From contig JAZUQA010000010.1 in assembly GCA_045605425.1 (NCBI GenBank), forward strand, positions 1-24,345: a DNA stretch of 24,345 nucleotides, written 5' to 3'. This document shows positions 1-6,088 of the stretch, piece after piece (positions within the stretch are counted from its first letter, which is position 1; every line of letters begins with the position of its first letter). This DNA is from Acutalibacteraceae bacterium (GTDB lineage Bacteria > Bacillota > Clostridia > Oscillospirales > Acutalibacteraceae). The translations under genes and the position numbers were made by a program. A model generated the notes under the pieces. It was given only the letters and a program-made list of their open reading frames with translations. It was not told the DNA's origin and did no database searches.

Positions 1-665
1 ATGGCTGGTCAGATTTCACTAAAAATCCTGATGCACAGAACACCCAAAGACTGATTTCCATCTGGGAACAAGTAGCAGAGAGATATGCCGATTACAGCGA
101 AAAGCTTTGGTTTGAGATATACAATGAGCCAAACAATGACAGCGGTAAAATAAGCGATGAAAAGTGGAATTACATTCAGCTTTCCGCAGTTGCCGCCATA
201 AGAAAAATTGATGAGGACAGAGTGATTTGTCTTTCACCGATGAACTTCAACAGTGCACATAAGCTTTCTTCAATGCTCGTCAAGCGTTCAGATAAGCATA
301 TTGTTGCAGACGTACATAATTATGCACCTATGAGGTTTACACATCAGGGTGCTGAATGGATGGATGAAACATATCAAAAAGAAATCCCGTTTTCACAAGA
401 TATGATGAACGACTTTGAACAGGCGTTGATAGTTGCAGAAGAATATCAGAAGAAAACAGGAATCAAGGTTATCATCGGGGAATTCGGCGTATACGAGAAA
501 CAGGTTTCAGAAGAAGATGTTTCACAATTCCTCAGCGGAGCGGTTGTTCTTATGAAAAAGCATAACCTTTCTTGGGGCTATTGGGAATACAATGCAGGCT
601 TCGGCGCTTATGATTATGCAAAAAAAGAATGGAAACCGTTCGTTACAGATGCCTTGTTGCAATAA
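1..665 (+). CDS. Glycoside hydrolase family 5 endoglucanase (cellulase), C-terminal portion; the 5' end lies outside the window
   Basis: Frame 3 is open from the window edge to TAA 663-665. The translation contains ...EKLWFEIYNEPNND... (GH5 NEP acid/base Glu), ...KVIIGEFGVYE... (GH5 nucleophile Glu) and ...LSWGYWEYN.... The ORF-track entry 222..665 is only the part after an internal GTG. Confidence 0.85.
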   Translation, partial: GWSDFTKNPDAQNTQRLISIWEQVAERYADYSEKLWFEIYNEPNNDSGKISDEKWNYIQLSAVAAIRKIDEDRVICLSPMNFNSAHKLSSMLVKRSDKHIVADVHNYAPMRFTHQGAEWMDETYQKEIPFSQDMMNDFEQALIVAEEYQKKTGIKVIIGEFGVYEKQVSEEDVSQFLSGAVVLMKKHNLSWGYWEYNAGFGAYDYAKKEWKPFVTDALLQ

Positions 666-703
666 GTTCTTAAAAATGTGAAATCACTATAGATTTATAA
701 TGA

Positions 704-721
704 CAAATTCCAATTTGTCGA
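704..721. repeat. 18-nt direct repeat, copy 1 (CAAATTCCAATTTGTCGA); lies within the perfect palindrome GACAAATT-CC-AATTTGTC (702-719)
   Basis: The exact 18-mer recurs at 2774-2791. Copy 1 is a perfect 8+8 inverted repeat with a 2-nt spacer. Confidence 0.7.
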
Positions 722-762
722 ACGGATATTGATGCATAGTTAGGTTATAAGGAGTGATGTTG

Positions 763-942
763 ATGTCACTGCAGGATTATAATAATAGATTAAACGCAAT
801 CAAAGTAGCTGATGCTATAAATAAAATTGAAGGTGTTCCTGTATCGCAGTACGCAAAGGAGCTTTCTGAAAAATGGGCGAAGGGAGAGGTAACCGGAGCC
901 CAAATGAAATCAGCACTAATTTCCGTTCACAAGAAAAAATAA
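763..942 (+). CDS. VbhA-like small antitoxin-domain protein (class I Fic-antitoxin type); no Fic gene in the window
   Basis: RBS AAGGAG at 749-754 favours ATG 763; alternative starts are 754, 757 and 760. By eye, NAIKVADAINKIEGVPVSQYAKELSEKWAKGEVTGAQMKSAL aligns with Bartonella VbhA (...ASQRLEGLEPDPQVVAQMERVVVGELETSDVIKDL...). The EG...GE spacing is identical at 17 residues. The inhibitory Glu is kept, but the Ser/Thr four residues before it is Ile. Confidence 0.55.
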   Translation: MSLQDYNNRLNAIKVADAINKIEGVPVSQYAKELSEKWAKGEVTGAQMKSALISVHKKK

Positions 943-972
943 CTATTGTTTTGTGCGGTACTTGTGTGTTAT

Positions 973-1025
973 TTGTCAAGTAAATCATAAAATTACTTGA
1001 CAAAATATTAGAGTCTTTTTATAAT
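973..1025 (+). promoter_or_regulatory. Consensus sigma-A promoter (TTGACA 997-1002, 17-nt spacer, TATAAT 1020-1025) overlapped by a perfect 11-bp inverted repeat (TTGTCAAGTAA 973-983 / TTACTTGACAA 993-1003)
   Basis: Read directly from the sequence. The right arm of the palindrome contains the -35 hexamer. It lies 33 nt upstream of the TTG start at 1058, which has RBS AAGGAGG at 1041-1047. Confidence 0.7.
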
Positions 1026-1057
1026 AAAATCAAAAAATATAAGGAGGTGTAGAGAGT

Positions 1058-1765
1058 TTGAAAAGCAATGCTATTGTAAAAAATGCTGTTTTAGAATTCA
1101 ATGAAAATGAGTTGATTCTTGCAAGTAAACTTTATAGAGAAAAATTATCGGAATATGTCAGCGAAGCAGCATTTTACAAAACGCTTCAAAGAATGTGTGA
1201 GTCCGGAGAACTCTTAAAAATAGCCAAGGGAACTTATCATTTACCAAAGTTCAGTAAATATGGTATTGTACCACCGTCTGAAAAGGAAATAGTGTCAGCT
1301 TTTATCGAAAATAAAACAGGTACTATCATAGGCTATTCTTTATATAATTCATTGAATCTTACAACGCAGATTCCTAAAACTGTTGTAGTTGTATCTTCTT
1401 CAATTGACAGCTTTACTAAGTCAATTCGAAATGTTATTGTACATCAAATGCCGGTTGAGTTTTCTGAAGAAATTCAAAATATGGTTCATGCTTTAGATGT
1501 TTTACAAAACTTTAATTCAATACAAGATATCAATTATACTGCTTTTTTAAATTATACAGAAGAATTGGCATCTCGTTTCAATGCAGCTGCTTTTGAAAAA
1601 ATTATTTCTGTTAAGTCGTATAAAAAATCTACGATTTCGTTTTTGCATGAAATTCTTAATTTTTATAATGTACAAAACAATTTAAGCAAATATCTTTCTA
1701 CACTGTCTGATTATAAGCATCCTAAAATGGAGGAACTTTTTGAAACTGCACGAATTTCCCAGTGA
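1058..1765 (+). CDS. AbiEi / DUF6088-family protein (type IV TA antitoxin-like transcriptional regulator)
   Basis: TTG start with a strong RBS. The N-terminal segment ...AFYKTLQRMCESGELLKIAKGTYHLPK... matches the AbiEi_4-type winged-helix signature (L..L...G.L.r...G.Y). ...IIGYSLYNSLNLTTQIPKTVVVVSS... matches the DUF6088/AbiEi 'LGLTTQVP' block. No AbiEii nucleotidyltransferase gene follows. Confidence 0.6.
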   Translation: MKSNAIVKNAVLEFNENELILASKLYREKLSEYVSEAAFYKTLQRMCESGELLKIAKGTYHLPKFSKYGIVPPSEKEIVSAFIENKTGTIIGYSLYNSLNLTTQIPKTVVVVSSSIDSFTKSIRNVIVHQMPVEFSEEIQNMVHALDVLQNFNSIQDINYTAFLNYTEELASRFNAAAFEKIISVKSYKKSTISFLHEILNFYNVQNNLSKYLSTLSDYKHPKMEELFETARISQ

Positions 1766-1780
1766 ATTTAAGGATTTGAT

Positions 1781-2122
1781 ATGAAACGTTATATTAAAGA
1801 AATCATCATATTGATATTACAGCTTTTTATGTTTTATGTTTTCCCTTTGTTTGTAGGACCGACTGATGCAATGGGAATGGTGGTATTGATTATATTAGCA
1901 ACCTTGTTCCTTTCGTTTGTTATCGGTGTTCTGTCAAACAATATGATAAAATATTCATACCCGTTTGTTACGTCAGTTGTGTTTATACCTTCGGTGTCTA
2001 TTTACTATAATGAATCAGCGTTAATACATTCACTCTGGTATCTGGTGGTTTCAGGTGTCGGTTTATTAATTGGGTCGGGTATAAATGCAATCATTTATAG
2101 CCTTAAGCAAAGAAATAAGTAA
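1781..2122 (+). CDS. Small hypothetical integral membrane protein (3-4 predicted TM segments), co-operonic with the AbiEi-like gene
   Basis: Starts 16 nt after the upstream stop. Hydrophobic stretches include IIILILQLFMFYVFPLFV, MVVLIILATLFLSFVIGVL, FVTSVVFIPSVSIYY and LWYLVVSGVGLLIGSGINAIIY. I recognise no family. Confidence 0.6.
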   Translation: MKRYIKEIIILILQLFMFYVFPLFVGPTDAMGMVVLIILATLFLSFVIGVLSNNMIKYSYPFVTSVVFIPSVSIYYNESALIHSLWYLVVSGVGLLIGSGINAIIYSLKQRNK

Positions 2123-2206
2123 TTAAATCCGATTGTTCACAGCAAAAATAATGTAGAGTAAAGTAATAAAGCGTTAAACAGCTATGCAGAACATCTTGCT
2201 TTGCTC

Positions 2207-2262
2207 TTATTCGCAATACTTATCTAAACCCTCAATAGCCTTAATTTTTGCTTCTGAAAATA
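2207..2262 (-). pseudogene. Remnant of the last ~18 codons of a tyrosine integrase gene (copy 1)
   Basis: The minus strand reads ...FSEAKIKAIEGLDKYCE*. This is homologous to the C-terminus ...IQKQKIKAIEDLDKYCV* of the larger remnant at 2821-3357. About 60 nt of DNA similarity is visible (TACTTATCTAAAyCCTCAATAGCCTT...). Confidence 0.6.
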
Positions 2263-2321
2263 ATACCAATTTCAATAGGTCGAACAGTTAGGAAAATAAG
2301 AATTTGTGGAGGTAACATTGT

Positions 2322-2735
2322 ATGTGGTTTGTATTCGCATTACTGTCTGCAATTTTTGCAGCACTTACTTCTATACTGGCCAAGGTCGGTATAGAAGGGG
2401 TCAACTCGAATCTTGCAACAGCTATAAGAACTGTTGTTGTAGTTGCTATGTCATGGGGAATGGTATTCCTCACGAATGCACAAAACGGTATAACAGAAAT
2501 TAGCAGAAAGAGCTGGATATTCTTGATTTTGTCAGGATTGGCAACAGGTGCATCATGGCTGTGTTACTACAAAGCATTGCAGATTGGTGATGCATCAAAA
2601 GTTGTACCGATAGATAAATTAAGTGTAGTAATTACCTTAGTGTTGGCGTTTGTATTTTTGCACGAAGAGTTTACAATCAAGTCATTGGTAGGATGTATTC
2701 TGATTGGAATAGGAACATTAATAATGGTTATGTAA
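2322..2735 (+). CDS. Single-domain EamA/DMT-superfamily transporter (COG2510-like small membrane protein)
   Basis: RBS GGAGG lies 9 nt upstream of ATG 2322. The 137-aa protein has four hydrophobic helices. The N-terminus WFVFALLSAIFAALTSILAKVGIEGVNSNLATAIRT and ...YYKALQIGDASKVVPIDKLSVV... are typical of EamA-domain proteins. Confidence 0.75.
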   Translation: MWFVFALLSAIFAALTSILAKVGIEGVNSNLATAIRTVVVVAMSWGMVFLTNAQNGITEISRKSWIFLILSGLATGASWLCYYKALQIGDASKVVPIDKLSVVITLVLAFVFLHEEFTIKSLVGCILIGIGTLIMVM

Positions 2736-2773
2736 TCATGCACAGTACATAAACTTTCAGTTTGGCGAAGCAT

Positions 2774-2791
2774 CAAATTCCAATTTGTCGA
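2774..2791. repeat. 18-nt direct repeat, copy 2 (CAAATTCCAATTTGTCGA)
   Basis: Exact match to 704-721. It lies 30 nt from the stop codon end of the integrase pseudogene. Confidence 0.7.
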
Positions 2792-2820
2792 GTTGAATAA
2801 TGATTAGCTTTTACTGCTTT

Positions 2821-3357
2821 TTATACACAATACTTATCTAAATCCTCAATAGCCTTTATTTTCTGCTTTTGAATAATATGAATATATGTATTTTCAGTAA
2901 CCCTTGTATCGCAGTGTCCGAGTAATTCGGACACTATTTTTATTGAGCAGCCATTTTAAAAAAGCATAGTCGCAAAGGTATGCCTGAGCGAATGAGCTCC
3001 ACGGGTTTCATCTTTTCCTATGATTCCGGCATTTCTCGCCATTCTGGTCAACGATCTGCCGATAGATGCTCTTGTGGGCGATTTACCGTTTGATGCAATA
3101 ATAATAAAATCACTGTTATCGGACATCTCTTTAAGTTGTATCAGAGACTTTTTACCCTTTGATGACATTGGAATAATACGCATACTGCTATCAGTTTTAA
3201 GATTATTCTGTATGACTACTTTGTATCTTCCGTTAACAGGAATATATACAGAGGATTTGTTTATATCAATCAGGTTTTCGCTGAAATCTATATCGTCCCA
3301 AGTTAACGCTAATGCTTCACCAATTCGTATGGCCGTCTATAGCGCACAAAACGTCAT
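2821..3357 (-). pseudogene. Tyrosine recombinase/integrase pseudogene: catalytic domain only, with an in-frame TAG and a homopolymer frameshift
   Basis: The minus strand reads MTFCAL*TAIRIGEALALTWDDIDF...RGAHSLRHTFATMLF*. After a +1 slip in a T6 run (plus-strand A6, 2958-2963) it continues NGCSIKIVSELLGHCDTRVTENTYIHI...DLDKYCV*. The R, H-x-x-R, H and Y catalytic blocks are recognisable. The TAG is at 3337-3339. No N-terminal core-binding domain is present. Confidence 0.85.
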
Positions 3358-3454
3358 ATTTGTAAACTCACAGTAACAGCAGCTATTGTAATATTGAAAT
3401 TTAGATTGCTTACGATATATAATTATATAAAAATGTGAAAAAGGGGCAGATTAA

Positions 3455-4375
3455 ATGAAAAGAATAATTTGTTTAATTATTTGTATTCTTATCGTCAGTA
3501 TGCCGTTTACTGTTAAAGCAGACAGCGCGTTGAATTCGTCGTCGGAGGATTTTTCTATGAACATATGGAATGTTAAAACTGAAGAAATAAATCCGGAAAT
3601 ACGTTTTGTCGGCAATCTTATTCGTATCATACTTCCTTCAATGAACGAAAGTTTTTTCAAGCTTGCAAATGCTTTTATGGATAATATCGGTTTGCCCGAT
3701 TTAACACGTAACATAACCCGTGAGGAAGTTTTTGTTGAGCGTGAGGATGGCTCAAAATTGCGTTTGTGCGTATACACTCCGAAAGAAAAGAAGGATAACG
3801 TACCGGGTTTACTGTGGATTCACGGCGGCGGTTACGGGCTTGGCTGTCCGGAGCAGGATTTCAGTTTTATTCAGAGCTTTATTGATGCAACAGGCTGCGT
3901 CATTGTAGCACCTGACTATATTAATTCAACAACTGCGCCGTATCCGGCAGCTTTTCAGATGCCTCTCTATCCAATGCTTGACGACAGAATGACAACTGAA
4001 TCCATGCGGGGGAACGATGCACCAATCTGGAATGAAAAGTCCAATATAAATGCTTGGAAGCTCTACCTTGGCGCTGATTATGAAACGGATAACGTTTCAA
4101 AATACGCAGCACCTGCCAGAGAAACGGATTATTCTTCTCAGCCGCCTACACTTACGTATATCGGTACGGTTGATCCGTTTTATGATGAAACCGTGATTTA
4201 TGTGGAAAACCTTAAAAATGCCGGTGTAGAGGTCAGCTTTAAGACTTTGGACGGTTGCTTCCACGGCTTTGATTTGCTGAGTTATTCCACTCCTGCAAAG
4301 CAGGCACGAGAGTTCCTTGTTGAAGGCTTTGTTTATGCAGCCGAAAACTATACAGCACCGCAACCGGCTAAATAA
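3455..4375 (+). CDS. Secreted alpha/beta-hydrolase fold-3 (HSL-type esterase/lipase) homologue lacking the nucleophile-elbow segment
   Basis: Signal-peptide-like N-terminus MKRIICLIICILIVSMPFTVKA. The oxyanion motif LLWIHGGGYGLG is present, along with C-terminal ...VDPFYDE... and ...CFHGFD (Asp and His of the triad). No G-x-S-x-G motif occurs anywhere. ...APYPAA runs directly into FQMPLYPMLDDR. Confidence 0.75.
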   Translation: MKRIICLIICILIVSMPFTVKADSALNSSSEDFSMNIWNVKTEEINPEIRFVGNLIRIILPSMNESFFKLANAFMDNIGLPDLTRNITREEVFVEREDGSKLRLCVYTPKEKKDNVPGLLWIHGGGYGLGCPEQDFSFIQSFIDATGCVIVAPDYINSTTAPYPAAFQMPLYPMLDDRMTTESMRGNDAPIWNEKSNINAWKLYLGADYETDNVSKYAAPARETDYSSQPPTLTYIGTVDPFYDETVIYVENLKNAGVEVSFKTLDGCFHGFDLLSYSTPAKQAREFLVEGFVYAAENYTAPQPAK

Positions 4376-4435
4376 ACTTGAAATACAATTTATGATTATA
4401 GGTTTTGTTAATATAAGAATTGAATCTGAACATAT

Positions 4436-4458
4436 GAGCTCTGATTAATTCAGAGCTC
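4436..4458 (+). terminator. Hairpin GAGCTCTGA-ttaat-TCAGAGCTC downstream of the esterase gene; possible weak intrinsic terminator
   Basis: Perfect 9-bp stem. It is followed by an A/T-rich tract (TATTAAATTT), not a clean T-run. Confidence 0.4.
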
Positions 4459-4466
4459 TATTAAAT

Positions 4467-4518
4467 TTGTCAGTAAATTGTCAATCATTTGTCAGTGATT
4501 TGGTATTGACATTGTCAG
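4467..4518 (+). repeat. Helically phased TTGTCA(G/A) direct repeats at 4467, 4478, 4489 and 4512, plus TTGACA at 4506
   Basis: Read directly: ATTTGTCAGTAAATTGTCAATCATTTGTCAGTGATTTGGTATTGACATTGTCAG. The first three copies are spaced exactly 11 nt apart. Confidence 0.55.
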
Positions 4519-4562
4519 AAATTTCTTGGATACTTCTTTTGAAAACTCAAGGGAGGCATTTT

Positions 4563-4716
4563 TTGGATAGTAAAAGTTCGCAGTCACACAGTTTATCAGC
4601 GGAAGGACGGCAAATATAAGTGTGAGATTTGGTACATAAATGATAAAGGTGAAACAAAGCGTATTACGCGTACAGATACATCCAAATGCCGGGGTGCGTT
4701 TACGGTGTACCGTTAA
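4563..4716 (+). pseudogene. 5' fragment of a phage-type integrase gene (Arm/AP2-like N-terminal DNA-binding domain), frameshifted and truncated
   Basis: RBS AAGGGAGG (4549-4556) is followed by TTG 4563. After an A4 run (4572-4575) the +1 frame reads VRSHTVYQRKDGKYKCEIWYINDKGETKRITRTD.... This resembles the 'kRkdGkw.a.i.y.d..Gk.k' pattern of integrase N-terminal domains. It stops at 4714-4716 and no catalytic domain follows. Confidence 0.45.
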
Positions 4717-4772
4717 TTGAAAATTTGAGATGAAAAGAATATAACTTACCGGAATTTTGAGGAGAGGACAAT

Positions 4773-5744
4773 ATGTTAGAAAATAATTTTTTAAAAGGTC
4801 CTAAAATAGATCTGCATTGCCATTTGGATGGTTCTATGACACTGAACAGCATTTCTGAAATTTTGGGAAAAGATGTTTTTGGCTCAGAGGTGCAGGTGCG
4901 TGATGATTGTACAAGTCTTTCGGAATATCTTGCAAAGTTCGGCTTACCAATTGAATGTATTCAAACAGAAGCCGGAATAAAAAAAGCAGCAAAAGATTTT
5001 CTTATTGATTTACAGAACGATAACGTGGCTTATGTAGAGGCACGTTTTGCACCGGCACTTTCTATGAGCAATGGCTTAAAATGCAAACAGATTATGGAGT
5101 CCGTACTTGAGGGCTTGGAAGAAGCCAGCAAAGAATGCGGCATTATGTATCAGGTGATTATTTGCTGTATGCGCCACCATAACGAGGAGACGAATCTTAA
5201 GGTCTTAAAGGACTGCAGAGAATTTTTAGGTTCAGGCTTATGCGCAGTTGATCTTGCTGGTGATGAAGCAGCGTTTCCGACAAAGAATTTTTATAATTTA
5301 TTTGAATATGCAAGAAAAGCAAACTATCCTTTTACAATTCATTCCGGAGAATGCGGCAGTATTGAAAATATTTTATTGGCAGCAGAATGGGGCGCAAAAC
5401 GTATCGGCCACGGAATCGCTATGATGAACAGACCTGATGTAATGAATGTGATTGCTGATAAACGTATAGGCGTAGAAATGTGTCCGATCAGCAATTATCA
5501 GACAAAATCATTAGCTCCCGGTAGTGTGTATCCAATTAGAGAATTTTCAAAAGCAGGTGTATTGGTTACCGTTAATACAGATAATCGACTTGTAAGCAAT
5601 ACAAGTATTGCCAAAGAAATGGAATTCTTAAATAATCACTTTGGAATTACAGAAGATGAGCTTTGTCAATTCCGGAAGAATGCTGTTGAAGTGGCATTTT
5701 GTGATGATACGATGAAGCATAAACTCTGGAAATTGTTTAATTAG
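4773..5744 (+). CDS. add: Adenosine deaminase
   Basis: RBS GAGGAGAGG. Canonical motifs are present: KIDLHCHLDGS (metal-binding HxH), FTIHSGE, RIGHGI and VTVNTDN. The length of 323 aa is typical. Confidence 0.9.
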   Translation: MLENNFLKGPKIDLHCHLDGSMTLNSISEILGKDVFGSEVQVRDDCTSLSEYLAKFGLPIECIQTEAGIKKAAKDFLIDLQNDNVAYVEARFAPALSMSNGLKCKQIMESVLEGLEEASKECGIMYQVIICCMRHHNEETNLKVLKDCREFLGSGLCAVDLAGDEAAFPTKNFYNLFEYARKANYPFTIHSGECGSIENILLAAEWGAKRIGHGIAMMNRPDVMNVIADKRIGVEMCPISNYQTKSLAPGSVYPIREFSKAGVLVTVNTDNRLVSNTSIAKEMEFLNNHFGITEDELCQFRKNAVEVAFCDDTMKHKLWKLFN

Positions 5745-5789
5745 GAGCAGGTTCTGAACTTTGTACAAATATTTGATGAAAAATATATT

Positions 5790-5900
5790 CCTTGTATCGC
5801 AGTGTCCGAGTAATTCGGACACTTTTTTATTTTTGCGCCTGTTTTTAAAAAAGCATTGTTGCAAAGGTGTATTTGAACGAGGGGTGCTACCGGTTTTGTA
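5790..5900 (-). pseudogene. Degenerate 3' remnant of a tyrosine integrase gene (copy 3)
   Basis: DNA is homologous to 2901-3010 (CCTTGTATCGCAGTGTCCGAGTAATTCGGACAC...AAAAAAGCAT.GT.GCAAAGGT). The minus strand reads ...QQCFFKNRRKNKKVSELLGHCDTR..., compared with ...ATMLFKNGCSIKIVSELLGHCDTR... in the larger pseudogene. Confidence 0.7.
5802..5828 (+). terminator. Intrinsic terminator for add: GTGTCCGA-gtaat-TCGGACAC followed by T6
   Basis: Perfect 8-bp stem and T-tract, 58 nt after the add stop. The hairpin is the reverse complement of the integrase 'SELLGH' coding remnant. Confidence 0.65.
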
Positions 5901-5970
5901 TTCTATTTAGTTTTTAAAGTGAAATAAGGGAAATGTTATTGTTTTTTTTAAAATTTTTACGAAAAATACA

Positions 5971-6026
5971 AAAAGTTTGCACTAAAGTACGGTGTGCGGA
6001 AGATAAAATTATGATATTGTTATTAT
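5971..6026 (+). promoter_or_regulatory. Box A: conserved 28-nt element AAAAGTTTGCACTAAAGTACGGTGTGCG (5971-5998) plus -10 region (TGATATTGT / TATTAT 6021-6026)
   Basis: The 28-mer is identical to 12055-12082 and 17178-17205. The 22-nt distance from the box end to the second -10 hexamer is the same in all three copies. It lies upstream of the gene at 6089. Confidence 0.7.
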
Positions 6027-6088
6027 GTAAATTTGTTTATTTACGGATTTACCTGTGAATTTATAATTTGTGAAAGGAGAAAAATTCT

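Noticed and set aside
3020-3376. 118-aa plus-strand ORF
   Set aside because: It is the mirror image of the minus-strand integrase pseudogene, whose translation shows the RIGE, HSLRHTFAT and LLGH...Y catalytic blocks. The plus-strand product has no features.
4376-4772. The 400-nt gap upstream of add as a riboswitch or leader RNA
   Set aside because: Most of the gap is accounted for by a hairpin, the TTGTCA repeat block and a frameshifted integrase 5' fragment with its own RBS. I see no purine-riboswitch-like three-way junction signature.
4773-5744. Adenosine deaminase as part of an anti-phage deaminase system (RADAR-like), given its island location
   Set aside because: It is a standard-size (323 aa) Add with every canonical catalytic motif. 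No large ATPase partner or other defence gene is adjacent, so it is most simply purine-salvage cargo.
5971-5998. The 28-nt box as a CIRCE (HrcA) operator or a sigma-54 promoter
   Set aside because: The left half, TTTGCACTA, resembles CIRCE TTAGCACTC, but the GCAC-to-GTGC distance is 11 nt rather than 13. The right half is degenerate beyond GTGC, and none of the downstream genes are chaperones. For sigma-54, there is no GG-N10-GC (TGGCAC-N5-TTGC) arrangement.
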